In this document: piece by piece, positions 21,804 to 31,655 of the stretch
Numbering within the stretch: the stretch's first letter is position 1
How the letters are laid out: each line of letters opens with the position of its first letter
NCBI GenBank assembly: GCA_031292175.1
Contig: JARLHQ010000028.1
Span: forward strand, 226,475-290,474
Origin: Humidesulfovibrio sp.
GTDB taxonomy: Bacteria > Desulfobacterota > Desulfovibrionia > Desulfovibrionales > Desulfovibrionaceae
Direction of reading: 5' to 3'
Length of the DNA: 64,000 nt
Notes under the pieces: model-generated
Told to the model about the DNA's origin: nothing
The model's database searches: none
What the model saw: the letters and a program-made list of their open reading frames with translations, nothing else
Program-made: the position numbers and the translations under genes

Positions 21804-22002
21804 GCGCGGGGAACAAAAAAATATCTCAAGCAAGCCCTTGCGCCGAACTTTCGGCGTGACCTGTGGCGGAAATAGGGCTACGGGAATGGTAAGCGTGCTT
21901 CCTCTGAACCGTGGTTCGAGGTTCACACACCCGGCTGTGGCGCCTCGCAAGGCTTTGGACCGCGATCCAAAGCGTAGAAAACGCCAAAGGAGGATGTAGC
22001 GA

Positions 22003-22236
22003 ATGAGCATTCCCCCGAAGACAAAAGCCCAATGGACAGACATCGTGACCGGAAAGAAAACCTTTGAACTCAAGTTCCTTGCCGCGAAGATACTTCTGGG
22101 CCGGCTAGTGCGCCATGTGGCTGAAGACCCGTCAGCCGACAACGTGCTCGCAGCCGTGGACCAGCTGCACACGCTGTACGAGAAGAACAGCGCCAGCCCC
22201 GCCGTGCAGGAAGACATGCAAAACATCTTCGGATAG
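22003..22236 (+). CDS. small hypothetical protein (77 aa)
   Basis: AAGGAGG RBS; 8 nt from the next gene. Confidence 0.75.
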   Translation: MSIPPKTKAQWTDIVTGKKTFELKFLAAKILLGRLVRHVAEDPSADNVLAAVDQLHTLYEKNSASPAVQEDMQNIFG

Positions 22237-22244
22237 GAGGCATC

Positions 22245-23237
22245 ATGGAACAGGATATCCTTACCCAAGCGGAAGTCGCGCAGCGCATCTTAAGCGGGAA
22301 AACCCTGCTCCTCGCGGGCGATGAACGCCTCCTGGCGCAGCTGCCCAAGGGCAAATGGATCGGTGGAACGATCCCCTACTTCATCACTCCGTCACAGGGC
22401 GGCCTGTCCAGCCGGGAAAAAATTTTCGTCACCGACATCTCGGAACTGGCCGTCAGCATAGAGATCAAGGCCTACGACGAGAACGCCCTGGGGCAAGTGT
22501 ACTGCGAGGAGGGCGATGGCGGTTTCAGCGTCATCATCATCCCGGCCCTGAGCCCCGCGCACCTGGCCTTCGCCCTGAACGCGCCAAACTACAAGAACTT
22601 CGGCGCCAAGCCCCTGGTGGGCTGGGTCTCCGGCGTACATCTTGACGACCTGGGCAAAGCCACTCCAAAGGTTTTCGACGGTCTGACCGGCGAGAGCCAT
22701 GGCCAGAAGGCCGTGGTCATGCGTGTGGCCCTCGCGCCAGGCCGGGCAGTTGATGTCGGGATCGTGAATATTTTCGAACAGGGCGCGGGCGACATCCTGA
22801 CCTTCAAGGAGGACGGCTTCTCCTGCCACGAGGTCGCCGTGAACGGCGTGAACGAGAACTTCGCGGACTACATCAAGCGCAACGGGCTGGACACCAAGCT
22901 CCCCCTGGTGGCGGACTATTACGGTGTCAAAGTCAACGTGAGCTTCCAGAGCGTTGGTGACAGCGGCGGCGAGGTGAAGTTCTACGCGCCGGTATTCTCC
23001 GGCGCGCGCTACAAGCATGCGCGGCCCGTGGAGAACTATGCCGATGCCTTCTCCGCCGAACTGATCAAGCTCGGCCTCTCGGGCGACGGTATCGCCTTCT
23101 CCTGCAACTGCATTCTGAACTATCTCTATTTGGGACTCGAAGGCAAAGGAACCGCATCCTTTGTCGGCCCCATCACCTTCGGCGAGATCGCCTACCAGTT
23201 GCTCAACCAGACCCTGGTCTACATCAAGGCGCACTAG
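22245..23237 (+). CDS. DUF6976-like / FIST-related protein
   Basis: AGGAGG RBS; WIGGTIPYF, SCNCILNY, GPITFGEIAYQLLNQT. Confidence 0.7.
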   Translation: MEQDILTQAEVAQRILSGKTLLLAGDERLLAQLPKGKWIGGTIPYFITPSQGGLSSREKIFVTDISELAVSIEIKAYDENALGQVYCEEGDGGFSVIIIPALSPAHLAFALNAPNYKNFGAKPLVGWVSGVHLDDLGKATPKVFDGLTGESHGQKAVVMRVALAPGRAVDVGIVNIFEQGAGDILTFKEDGFSCHEVAVNGVNENFADYIKRNGLDTKLPLVADYYGVKVNVSFQSVGDSGGEVKFYAPVFSGARYKHARPVENYADAFSAELIKLGLSGDGIAFSCNCILNYLYLGLEGKGTASFVGPITFGEIAYQLLNQTLVYIKAH

Positions 23238-23295
23238 CGGTTACCGGGCGAAGTGGACGCGCCCGCTTAAGCCCCCCTCCGCAATGCCGCAATGC

Positions 23296-23325
23296 AAAAA
23301 GGCGCCCCAGGGCGCCTTTTTTTTT
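23296..23325. terminator. bidirectional intrinsic terminator
   Basis: AAAAAGGCGCC-CCAG-GGCGCCTTTTTTTTT between convergent genes. Confidence 0.85.
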
Positions 23326-23344
23326 GCACGGCGTTTCCGCACGC

Positions 23345-24196
23345 TTACTGGTACGAACGCAGCACCTTTTCCAAGGCCTCGCGGTCCACGCCGCGCCGGG
23401 CCAGCGGTCCGGCCTTGAGCGTGGGCAGATCCGTTCCGAACACCGCCCGCTCCCCCCGCGCCAACACGCCGATGGGAATGCTGTCGCCGAACTCCAGCGC
23501 CAGGGCCAGGGCCTTGTCCCGGTCATTGGGGTCGTGCTCCGCGCCGATCTTGCGGCAACGCTGCTTGTACCAGGCGAAGGTGTTGACCTTGTTGAAAGTC
23601 ACGCAGGGCTGGAACACATCCACCAAGGAAAACCCCTTGTGGCGGATGGCCTGCTGGATGAGGTCCACCAGATGCTCCGGCTCGCCCGTGAAGCCGCGCG
23701 CCACGAAGCCCGCGCCCATGGCCACGGCCACCGCCACGGGATTGAAGGCCTCCGAGGGCTGGCCAAAGGGCTGCGACTTGGTCACCTGGCCCTTGGCCGT
23801 GGTCGGGCTGGCCTGGCCCTTGGTCAGGCCATAGATGCCGTTGTCATGCACTATGAGGGTGATGTCCACGTTGCGGCGCAAGGCCGCCAGGAAGTGGTTG
23901 CCACCCTCGCCGTAGTTGCAGCCGTCGCCGCTCTCGGCGATGACCGTGAGGTCCGGATTCGCCAGCTTGACCCCGGTGGCCGCGGGCAAGCCGCGCCCGT
24001 GCAGACCGGTGATCATGTTGCAATTCATGTACAGCGGGCTCTTGGCAGCCTGGCCGATGCCCGTCGCCACCAGCACCTGATGCGGAGCCAGGCCCAGCCC
24101 CGCCAGGGCCCCCTTCATGGCCGCGAGCAGGGCGTGATTGCCGCAGCCGGGGCACCAGGCGGTTTCGAACTGGCCGTAGTCTTCAACGCTGACCAT
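23345..24196 (-). CDS. korB: 2-oxoacid:ferredoxin oxidoreductase beta subunit
   Basis: WCPGCG, HGRG, GDG TPP motif, YGLTKGQASPT; start placed at MVSV (24196). Confidence 0.9.
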   Translation of the reverse strand: MVSVEDYGQFETAWCPGCGNHALLAAMKGALAGLGLAPHQVLVATGIGQAAKSPLYMNCNMITGLHGRGLPAATGVKLANPDLTVIAESGDGCNYGEGGNHFLAALRRNVDITLIVHDNGIYGLTKGQASPTTAKGQVTKSQPFGQPSEAFNPVAVAVAMGAGFVARGFTGEPEHLVDLIQQAIRHKGFSLVDVFQPCVTFNKVNTFAWYKQRCRKIGAEHDPNDRDKALALALEFGDSIPIGVLARGERAVFGTDLPTLKAGPLARRGVDREALEKVLRSYQ

Positions 24197-24212
24197 GTCG
24201 TGCTCCTTCAGG

Positions 24213-25907
24213 CTACAGGATGCTTTCAAGCCCGCGCAGAATGTATGCGGCGGTGATGGGCAGGCCGTCGAACCGCAGGACCATGTCCGTGATGCGGAAG
24301 CCGCTTTCCTGGCGCAGCAGCCGGGCCAGTTGCCCGGTGGCGTTGCCTTCCACGCAAACGACGCGACCCGCGGCCTCAAGCATCGGCAGGAACTGGTCCT
24401 CGACCAGGGGCCACACTTGTGCGAAGTGCAGCACGGCCGCACTCTTCCCCTGCTCCTCCAGCCGTTCCCGGGCTTCAAGGGCCGCACCCAGGGTGGAGCC
24501 CCAGCACACGAGCAGCACCCCCGCAGCGTCCTCGCCGTAATAACTGGGCGGCACGGTGTCCCCGGCCAGGCCAAGCCCCTTTTGCAGACGCTTGGCCACC
24601 ATCTTCACACGGATGTCCAGGTTCTCGGTAAGCTTGCCGTCCTCGGTGTGCTCATCGCTGTCAGAGATCACCAACGCCTCGCTGTAGCCGGGAATGGCCC
24701 TGGGCGAAAGGCCGTCGTCCGTGAAGGCGAAGCGCTTGTAGTTTTTTGGATCTGACGGCGCAAGCAGGGGTGCGGGAATCTCCGGGAGCCGCTCCAGGTC
24801 GAAAGGCGTCACGTTCTGCAACGAGTCCGCCAAATACTGGTCCGTGAGCACGAAGACCGGGGACTGGTGCTTCTCCGCCATCTCAAAGGCGCGGTACGTC
24901 AGGTGGAAGCATTCCTCCACGCTGCCCGGCGAGAACACGGCGCGCGGGAATTCGCCGTGCCCGGCATAGAGCACCAGGTTCAGATCGGCCTGCTCCGTGC
25001 GCGTGGGCAGGCCCGTGGCCGGACCGGGGCGCATGGCCACCAGGAACACCACGGGGGTTTCCAACATGCCCGCAAGGCTCACGGCCTCGACCATGAGGGC
25101 GAAACCGCCGCCGCTGGTGGGCACAATGGCCCGGCCGCCAGCGCAGACAGCGCCGATGGCCATGTTCGCCGCCGCGATCTCGTCCTCCGCCTGCTCGACA
25201 ATAGTGCCCATGATCTTGGCCTTGTCCGCCAGGGTCATGGCCACCGAGGAGCCGGGGGTCATGGGGTAGAATGAACAGAAGTTGCAACCCGCCGCGAGGG
25301 CGCCCAGGGCCGCGGCATCGTTGCCCGTGAGCAGGAGGCGCTCGGCTGGATTCGCCGGTGCGGGCGGCATGCAGGGAAAGCGGTAGTTCTGGGTGCGCAC
25401 CCAGGCGTGGGCAGCGCGCAGCACTATGATGTTCTCGTCCACCACGGCCTGGCCCTTCTTGCCGAAGCTCGCGCGCAGCAGTTCCTCAAGGTGCGTAATG
25501 TCCTCACACAGAACCGCGGCCAGCACGCCAAGGGCCACCACATTTTCAAACATGGCCTTGGGTGCGAGCTGCTTGAAGGGGATGCGCAGGGCGTTCAGAC
25601 CCGCCGTTTTCAAGCCCTCGCCCGCCAGAACAATGCCGCCCGGAGCGAGCTGCCCCTTGTGCAGGGCCACGGTGGTGGCGTCGAGGGCGACGAGGACATC
25701 GACCTGTTCCGTGGGCGCGTGGTGGATTTCAAGTCCCGTGCGGATGGCGAAGGTGTTGTGCCCGCCACGGATGCGCGACTCATAGGCCTGGGTGACGGCC
25801 ACCTCATACCCGGCGCGGACAAGGGCCTTGGCCATGAGCTGGCCGATGGTGACCAGTCCCTGCCCGGCCTCTCCGCCGACGAGGATGACAATGCTGGAAT
25901 CGGACAT
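24213..25907 (-). CDS. korA: 2-oxoacid:ferredoxin oxidoreductase alpha subunit
   Basis: GGEAGQG, YPMTP, QAEDEIAA, RPGPATGLPT; start placed at MSDS (25907). Confidence 0.9.
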   Translation of the reverse strand: MSDSSIVILVGGEAGQGLVTIGQLMAKALVRAGYEVAVTQAYESRIRGGHNTFAIRTGLEIHHAPTEQVDVLVALDATTVALHKGQLAPGGIVLAGEGLKTAGLNALRIPFKQLAPKAMFENVVALGVLAAVLCEDITHLEELLRASFGKKGQAVVDENIIVLRAAHAWVRTQNYRFPCMPPAPANPAERLLLTGNDAAALGALAAGCNFCSFYPMTPGSSVAMTLADKAKIMGTIVEQAEDEIAAANMAIGAVCAGGRAIVPTSGGGFALMVEAVSLAGMLETPVVFLVAMRPGPATGLPTRTEQADLNLVLYAGHGEFPRAVFSPGSVEECFHLTYRAFEMAEKHQSPVFVLTDQYLADSLQNVTPFDLERLPEIPAPLLAPSDPKNYKRFAFTDDGLSPRAIPGYSEALVISDSDEHTEDGKLTENLDIRVKMVAKRLQKGLGLAGDTVPPSYYGEDAAGVLLVCWGSTLGAALEARERLEEQGKSAAVLHFAQVWPLVEDQFLPMLEAAGRVVCVEGNATGQLARLLRQESGFRITDMVLRFDGLPITAAYILRGLESIL

Positions 25908-25972
25908 AGTGAGACCCGCCAGGGTTAGAGGGTCAAAGAAAGGGGGGGCAAAGCCCCCCTGAGGCGTCGAGT

Positions 25973-26485
25973 TTAGGCCGCGCCGACGACGGGCGGGGTG
26001 AACACGCGGGTGGCCAGCTCGCGGTCGAGCATGAACAGGCCGCCGCCGTCGCCCACGAGCTTCAGCTTGCTCACGGTGTCGCCGAAGTTGGCCTCCTCTT
26101 CCACTTGCTCGGTGACGAACCACTGCAGAAAAATGGCCGAGGCGTGGTCACTCTCCTTCTGGGCCAGGGTCACCATGTCGTTGATTCGCTTCGTCACCAG
26201 ATATTCGTGGTTCAGGGCGAACTCGAAGGCGGCCAGCGGCGATTTCCAGGTGTTTTGTGGGGCGTCGATGGCCTGAAGCATCACGCGGGCGCCCTTGGAG
26301 TTCACGTAATCGAACATCCTGCGTGCGTGGAACTGCTCCTCCTGGAACTGCACGTCCATCCAGTTGGCGAAGCCGGGCAGGCCAAGGTGCTGGAAATAGG
26401 CGGACAGGGACAGGTACAGATACGCGGAGTAATATTCCCATTTGATCTGGTCGTTGAAGGCCTTCTCCATCTTCTTGCTCAACAT
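25973..26485 (-). CDS. ftn: non-heme ferritin
   Basis: EYYSAYLY, EE.FH, FLQWFVTEQVEEE ferroxidase motifs. Confidence 0.93.
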   Translation of the reverse strand: MLSKKMEKAFNDQIKWEYYSAYLYLSLSAYFQHLGLPGFANWMDVQFQEEQFHARRMFDYVNSKGARVMLQAIDAPQNTWKSPLAAFEFALNHEYLVTKRINDMVTLAQKESDHASAIFLQWFVTEQVEEEANFGDTVSKLKLVGDGGGLFMLDRELATRVFTPPVVGAA

Positions 26486-26595
26486 GGCGTGTCTCCTTTC
26501 CGGGTGCCGAGAGGTATCATTACGGTTCTGTGAGTTTTGAAGATACGCATTTCCCGGAGGAAAGTGAAGCGCTGAGAGGGGGCAAACGCAGCGCG

Positions 26596-28785
26596 CTAGC
26601 CCAAAAGATTGCCGCTGAAGATGTGCCGGATGCGGTGCATCAGGTGCGTCATGCGCGCGCCCGAGGTGACGTTCTCCAGCCCGATGGTCAGGGCCTTTTC
26701 CGAACCGATGAACACGGCCAGCCTGCGCGCCCGAGTGAGCGCCGTATACAGCAGGTTGCGCATGAGCAGCACATAGTGCTGCGTCACCACCGGCACCACG
26801 ATGGCCGGATACTCGCAGCCCTGGGACTTGTGCACGCTCACGGCGTAGGCGAGCGTCAGGTCCTCCAGCTCCGTGGCGTCAAAGGGCACCAGGTTGCCGT
26901 CGAAATCGACGGACAGCGTGCCCTCTTCCGGGTCCACCGCATGCACCCAGCCCAGGTCGCCGTTGAACACTTCCTTGTCATAATTGTTCCGGAGCTGCAG
27001 GACGCGGTCGCCCGGGCGGAACGTGGCGTAGCCGCGCTTGAGCTCCAGCCCGCGCTTGGGGTTCAGCCGCTCCTGCAAGAGCTGGTTCAGCGCGCTGGTG
27101 CCCACCTCGCCCTTGTGCATGGGCGTCAGCACCTGCACATCACGCATGGGGTTCAGGCCATAGCGCTCCGGAATGCGCTCGCAAACCATGTCCAGGATGG
27201 CCTGCTGCACTTTGAGGGGCTGGTCCTGCGCCACCCAGAAGAAATCCGCATCGGGCGGTTCCTTGGGGCTCTGGATGGGGAACAGGCCCGCGTTGAAACG
27301 GTGGGCGTTGACCACGATGGAGCTTTCCTGGGCCTGGCGGAAAATGTGCGTGAGCACGGCCTTGGGCACCTTGCCGCTGTTGATGAGATCAGCCAGCACG
27401 TTGCCCGCGCCGACGCTCGGCAGCTGGTTCACGTCGCCCACGAGGATGAGCCGGCAGGTGACGGGCAGGGCCCGCAGCACGGCCAAAAAGAGCCCGGCGT
27501 CCAGCATGGACACCTCGTCGACGAGCAGCACCTCGGCCGAGAGCTTCTGGTCTTCGCAGTGGTAGAAGCCGTGCTCGGGCGAATAGAGCAAAAGCCGGTG
27601 CAGGGTCTGGGCGGACTCGCCCGTGGCTTCGGAAAGGCGCTTGGCCGCCCGGCCCGTGGGCGCCGCCAGTTTCACCTTGAGCTTCAACTCGGTGAGCGCG
27701 GCCACAATGGCCCGGGTGATGGTGGTCTTGCCCGTGCCGGGGCCGCCGGTGATGATGAACACCTTGTTCACGCAGGCCTCGAACACGGCGTCGCGCTGCT
27801 CGGACGAGAGATCGAAGCCCAAGGCCGACTCGATCTTGGGCAGGGCCCGCTTGACCCCGGCGCGGGAGACCGGCGCGGGGTGGCTCACCAGCCCGAAGAG
27901 CCGCTGCGCGATCTCGCGCTCGGCGCGATAGTTCGTCATGAGGAACACAGCACGGCTGACGTTCTGCTCCGGCAGGTCCTCCACATGCACGCGTTTCTTG
28001 CGCTCCAGGGCCTCCAGGCCTTCTTCCAGGAGGGTGCGGTTGTCCACGCCGAGCATGCGCGCGCACTCCTTGAAGAGTTCCTCCTCCGGGCAGAACATGT
28101 GCCCGCCCCGCTCGCCCTGCATGATGAGCACATAGCCCAGGGCGGCCTCGACGCGCTCCGGCGCGTCCGGCGCAAAGCCGAGCTTGAGGGCCATGTTGTC
28201 CGCGGTGCGGAAGCCGATGCCCCGAATGAGGTACGCCAGCTCGTAGGGGTTGGCGCGGAGCTTTTCCTCGCTCTGCGCGCCGTAGAGTTTGAAGATGCGC
28301 GCGGCGTAGGTGGGCGGCACATCATGGCTGTGCAGGAAAACGATGAGGCTTTTGACCTCCCGCTGGGAGCGCCAGGAGTCGACCATGCCCTCCAGGCGCT
28401 TTTTCGTGATGCCCTTGACCTGGCGCAGCCGATCCGGATCGGAGTCCAGGATGTCCAGCACGGCCACGCCGAACTGGTTCACGAGCGCCTCGGCGGTCTT
28501 TTCGCCCACGCCCTTGAGCGAACTCTTGAGGAAGCGCACCACACCGTTTTCCGTGGCCGGGTAGGTTTGCTTGAAGCTTGTGGCCTCCATCTGGCGGCCG
28601 AACTTGGGGTGGGTCTTCCACTCCCCTTCTATCTCCAGAAACTCGCCGGGCTGCAGCTGCCCCAGGCAGCCGACCACGGTGATGATTCCGGGCTCGTCCT
28701 TGGCGCGCACCCGCACCACCGCATACCCGTTGTCCGGGTTGTGGTAGACGACGGACTGGACCTCGGCCTTAATGCTGGCGGGCAT
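26596..28785 (-). CDS. recD2: ATP-dependent RecD2 helicase
   Basis: N-terminal OB/HhH region, GGPGTGKT, DEVSM, GDVNQLPSVGAG, HKSQG. Confidence 0.92.
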   Translation of the reverse strand: MPASIKAEVQSVVYHNPDNGYAVVRVRAKDEPGIITVVGCLGQLQPGEFLEIEGEWKTHPKFGRQMEATSFKQTYPATENGVVRFLKSSLKGVGEKTAEALVNQFGVAVLDILDSDPDRLRQVKGITKKRLEGMVDSWRSQREVKSLIVFLHSHDVPPTYAARIFKLYGAQSEEKLRANPYELAYLIRGIGFRTADNMALKLGFAPDAPERVEAALGYVLIMQGERGGHMFCPEEELFKECARMLGVDNRTLLEEGLEALERKKRVHVEDLPEQNVSRAVFLMTNYRAEREIAQRLFGLVSHPAPVSRAGVKRALPKIESALGFDLSSEQRDAVFEACVNKVFIITGGPGTGKTTITRAIVAALTELKLKVKLAAPTGRAAKRLSEATGESAQTLHRLLLYSPEHGFYHCEDQKLSAEVLLVDEVSMLDAGLFLAVLRALPVTCRLILVGDVNQLPSVGAGNVLADLINSGKVPKAVLTHIFRQAQESSIVVNAHRFNAGLFPIQSPKEPPDADFFWVAQDQPLKVQQAILDMVCERIPERYGLNPMRDVQVLTPMHKGEVGTSALNQLLQERLNPKRGLELKRGYATFRPGDRVLQLRNNYDKEVFNGDLGWVHAVDPEEGTLSVDFDGNLVPFDATELEDLTLAYAVSVHKSQGCEYPAIVVPVVTQHYVLLMRNLLYTALTRARRLAVFIGSEKALTIGLENVTSGARMTHLMHRIRHIFSGNLLG

Positions 28786-28789
28786 CGCC

Positions 28790-29401
28790 TCACACCGCCT
28801 GGCGGTGCATCAGGGACTGGCGCAGGGTTTCGCGGTCCATGTACTTCACCTCCGCGCCCATGGGAATGCCCTGGGCCAGGCGCGACACGCCTACCCCGGG
28901 GTAGCTCTGGACGGCCATATTCTTGATGTGGGAGGCGGTGTTCTCGGCGTCGAGGGTGGAGCCCAGGGCCAGGATCAGTTCGCGCACCTGCCCGGAATCG
29001 AGCCGCTTGCGCAAAAGCTCGAACTCCAGCGCCTGGGGGCCCACGCCGTCCAGTGGCGAAAGCAGCCCGCCCAGCACGAGGTATGTGCCCTTGAACAGGC
29101 CCATCTCCTCCAAGGCCAGGAGCGAGTCCCATTCCGAAACCACGCAGAGCTGCTCATGGTTGCGGTCCGGGTCCGCACAGATGGGACACGGATCGCTCTC
29201 GGCCAAGCTCGCGCAGGTGGAACACAGGCACAGGCGCTCACGCAGGGTCAGCACGGAACGGCCCACGGCCTCGGCCTGCTCACGCGGAAGCTTGAGCAGG
29301 GCGAGGGCCGCACGCAGGGCGGACTTCGGTCCCAGGCCGGGCAGACGCGAAAGATGCTCGGCCACCTCCCGCAGGGGGCCGGGCAGCCGGTCCACGGACA
29401 T
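28790..29401 (-). CDS. recR: recombination mediator RecR
   Basis: LPGLGPKSA HhH, C4 zinc finger, Toprim. Confidence 0.95.
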   Translation of the reverse strand: MSVDRLPGPLREVAEHLSRLPGLGPKSALRAALALLKLPREQAEAVGRSVLTLRERLCLCSTCASLAESDPCPICADPDRNHEQLCVVSEWDSLLALEEMGLFKGTYLVLGGLLSPLDGVGPQALEFELLRKRLDSGQVRELILALGSTLDAENTASHIKNMAVQSYPGVGVSRLAQGIPMGAEVKYMDRETLRQSLMHRQAV

Positions 29402-29404
29402 ATG

Positions 29405-29716
29405 CTAGAACATGCCGGGAAGCTTGAACCCCCCGGTAATCTTGCCCATCTCCTCCTCCATCATGGCCTTGGCCTTCTTCATGGCGTCGGTGACGGCTGC
29501 AAGCACCAGATCCTGGAGCATCTCCACATCGCCCGCCTCGACCACACTCTTGTCGATGACGATGGAGAGGATCTCCTGGCTGCCCTTGGCGCGCACGGTG
29601 ACCATGCCGCCGCCGCTGGTGGCCTCCACCTCGCGGGCCTTCAAGTCCTCCTGCATGGCGGCCATCTTCTTCTGCATCATCTGGGCCTGGCGCAGCATAT
29701 CCTGCATTCCGCGCAT
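29405..29716 (-). CDS. ybaB: YbaB/EbfC nucleoid-associated protein
   Basis: SGGGMVTV, DVEMLQDLV; lies between dnaX and recR. Confidence 0.93.
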   Translation of the reverse strand: MRGMQDMLRQAQMMQKKMAAMQEDLKAREVEATSGGGMVTVRAKGSQEILSIVIDKSVVEAGDVEMLQDLVLAAVTDAMKKAKAMMEEEMGKITGGFKLPGMF

Positions 29717-29780
29717 ATCTTCCTCCGAATGGTTGCGTGTATTGGGGTTCGCGGCGCGAAGGGCGCGCCGGAAATGTCGG

Positions 29781-31580
29781 TTATCGCCGGGGGTACACCA
29801 GGGCCGGGTCCCGGCACTCGAAGGTCTCGCGCACCCGCTGGACCACGGGGTGCTCCTGCATCTCGCGCTGGATGAGCCCGTCGGTCTTCACTGGCTCGCG
29901 GTCCACGCAGGTGAAGGCCACGGCCATGTCCGGGCCGAAGTACTCGGACACCAGACGCCTGAGGCGAACGTTGTTGTCGCCGTTCTCCATCATGCCGCTG
30001 TGGGTTGCGTTGTGGCAGGTGAGCACCAGCTCGGCCCCGCAGATCTCGCCCTTGGCCTGGGTAAGCCCGGTGACGGAGCCCGAGCCGTTCTTGCCCGCCA
30101 CAAACTCCAGAAAACCCTCCCAGGAACGCGAGCCGCCAGGCGTGGCGGACCGGACCGGCGCTTCCGTAGGCGCAGCCATTGGCGTAGCCGGCGCGGGAGA
30201 CGGCGCGGCGGCTTCCGCCGGAGCGGCCGCTTCCGGGTGCGCCTGCGCCATGGGCTGGGCGGCGGGGCTCTGCCAGGGTGGCGGCGCGACCGGAGGCGAC
30301 GAAGGGCTGGCTGGCGCGGCGGAAGGCGCGGCTGGCGGCGTTACGGGAGCGGCATTGGGCATGGCGCCGGAAGCGCCGCTGGAGCTGGCGGCGGGCCCGG
30401 AGCCGGACACCGGGCCGGAGCGCGACGGCGCTGGCCTCGGGGGCGCGGACTGTGGAGACGCCGGGCCCCCGCCTAAGGCGGACAAGGGTAAAAGGTCCGG
30501 CAGACAAGCCAGGTTCAGGAGCAGAAGTTCCAGCGCCTGCGCTGGTTCCAGACTTTTGATGACCCGCTGCTGGCCGTCGAGGGTCATCTGCCAGCAAGCG
30601 TGGATATGCGCGGGGGTGAAGCGCCCGGCCCAGTCCCGCCACTGCGCGGCCTCCTCTGCGGGCAACCCCAGTTCGGGCACGATGGCCTCCCCTGCCTGGC
30701 GCAGGAGAAACATGTTGCGCCAGCAACCCGAAAGTTCGCGCAGGAAGAAGCCCAGGTCCAGGCCCTGGTCCAGCACCTGGCGCAGCGTCCGGGACAAGAG
30801 TGGCAGATCGCGCGTGGCGATGGCCTCCATGAGGGCGAAGAACACCTCCTGCCCGGCCAAGCCGAGGCAGGCGCGCACCTCGCTCTCGAAGAGCGCTCCC
30901 ACGCTGTAGGCCAGCGCCTGACCCAAAAGCGAGATGCTGTCGCGCACGCTGCCCGCGCCGCGCCGGGCGATGATGCGCACCGCGCCGGGCTCGTATTCCA
31001 GGCCCTCGGCCTGGAGAATCTTCTCCAGGTGCGCGGCCAGCTCCGCCTGGGGCAGCATCTTGAACACATAGTGCTGGCAGCGCGAGAGAATGGTGGCTGG
31101 AAATTTGTGGGCCTCCGTCGAGGCCAGGATGAAGGTGACGCGCGCGGGCGGCTCCTCCAGCGTCTTCAGCAGGGCGTTGAACGCCGCGGTGGAGAGCATG
31201 TGCGCTTCGTCGATGATGAAGACCTTGTAGCGGCCCTCAAGGGGGGCGTAGCCCACGTCCTCTTTAAGGGCGCGCACGTCGCCCACGCCGCCGTGGCTGG
31301 CCGCGTCGATCTCGATGATGTCCACGGCGCTGCCCGCGTTGGCTTGTCGGCACAGGGCGCACTCGTTGCACGGCTCCGGCGCGGGGGCCTTTTCGCAATT
31401 GAGCGCCTTGGCGAAGATGCGGGCGATGGTGGTCTTGCCCACGCCACGCGTGCCGCTGAACATGTAGGCCGGGGCGATCTTGCCCGTGGCGGCGGCGCGG
31501 GAAAGGATGGCCTTCACCGCCTCCTGGCCGGCGACTTCGGCGAAGCGGCGGGGCCGGTATTTGGCGGTAAGGCTCGACAT
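29781..31580 (-). CDS. dnaX: DNA polymerase III subunit gamma/tau
   Basis: KYRP, GTRGVGKT, IDEAHML, SRC; Pro/Ala linker. Confidence 0.96.
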   Translation of the reverse strand: MSSLTAKYRPRRFAEVAGQEAVKAILSRAAATGKIAPAYMFSGTRGVGKTTIARIFAKALNCEKAPAPEPCNECALCRQANAGSAVDIIEIDAASHGGVGDVRALKEDVGYAPLEGRYKVFIIDEAHMLSTAAFNALLKTLEEPPARVTFILASTEAHKFPATILSRCQHYVFKMLPQAELAAHLEKILQAEGLEYEPGAVRIIARRGAGSVRDSISLLGQALAYSVGALFESEVRACLGLAGQEVFFALMEAIATRDLPLLSRTLRQVLDQGLDLGFFLRELSGCWRNMFLLRQAGEAIVPELGLPAEEAAQWRDWAGRFTPAHIHACWQMTLDGQQRVIKSLEPAQALELLLLNLACLPDLLPLSALGGGPASPQSAPPRPAPSRSGPVSGSGPAASSSGASGAMPNAAPVTPPAAPSAAPASPSSPPVAPPPWQSPAAQPMAQAHPEAAAPAEAAAPSPAPATPMAAPTEAPVRSATPGGSRSWEGFLEFVAGKNGSGSVTGLTQAKGEICGAELVLTCHNATHSGMMENGDNNVRLRRLVSEYFGPDMAVAFTCVDREPVKTDGLIQREMQEHPVVQRVRETFECRDPALVYPRR

Positions 31581-31655
31581 GGGGGGCTCCGGTGGCGTCT
31601 TTGTGGACCGGGGCCCGCGGGAGGGGTTCCGCGCGGGCCCCGCATCCGTGCGGGC

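Noticed and set aside
21804-22002. c-di-GMP riboswitch between the EAL-GGDEF gene and the 77-aa gene
   Set aside because: Small hairpins only; GEMM consensus elements not recognisable
26486-26595. Fur box upstream of ferritin
   Set aside because: Only a partial TAATGAT half-site; insufficient
29781-31580. Programmed -1 frameshift in dnaX
   Set aside because: No A AAA AAG or long A-run slippery site seen on the coding strand
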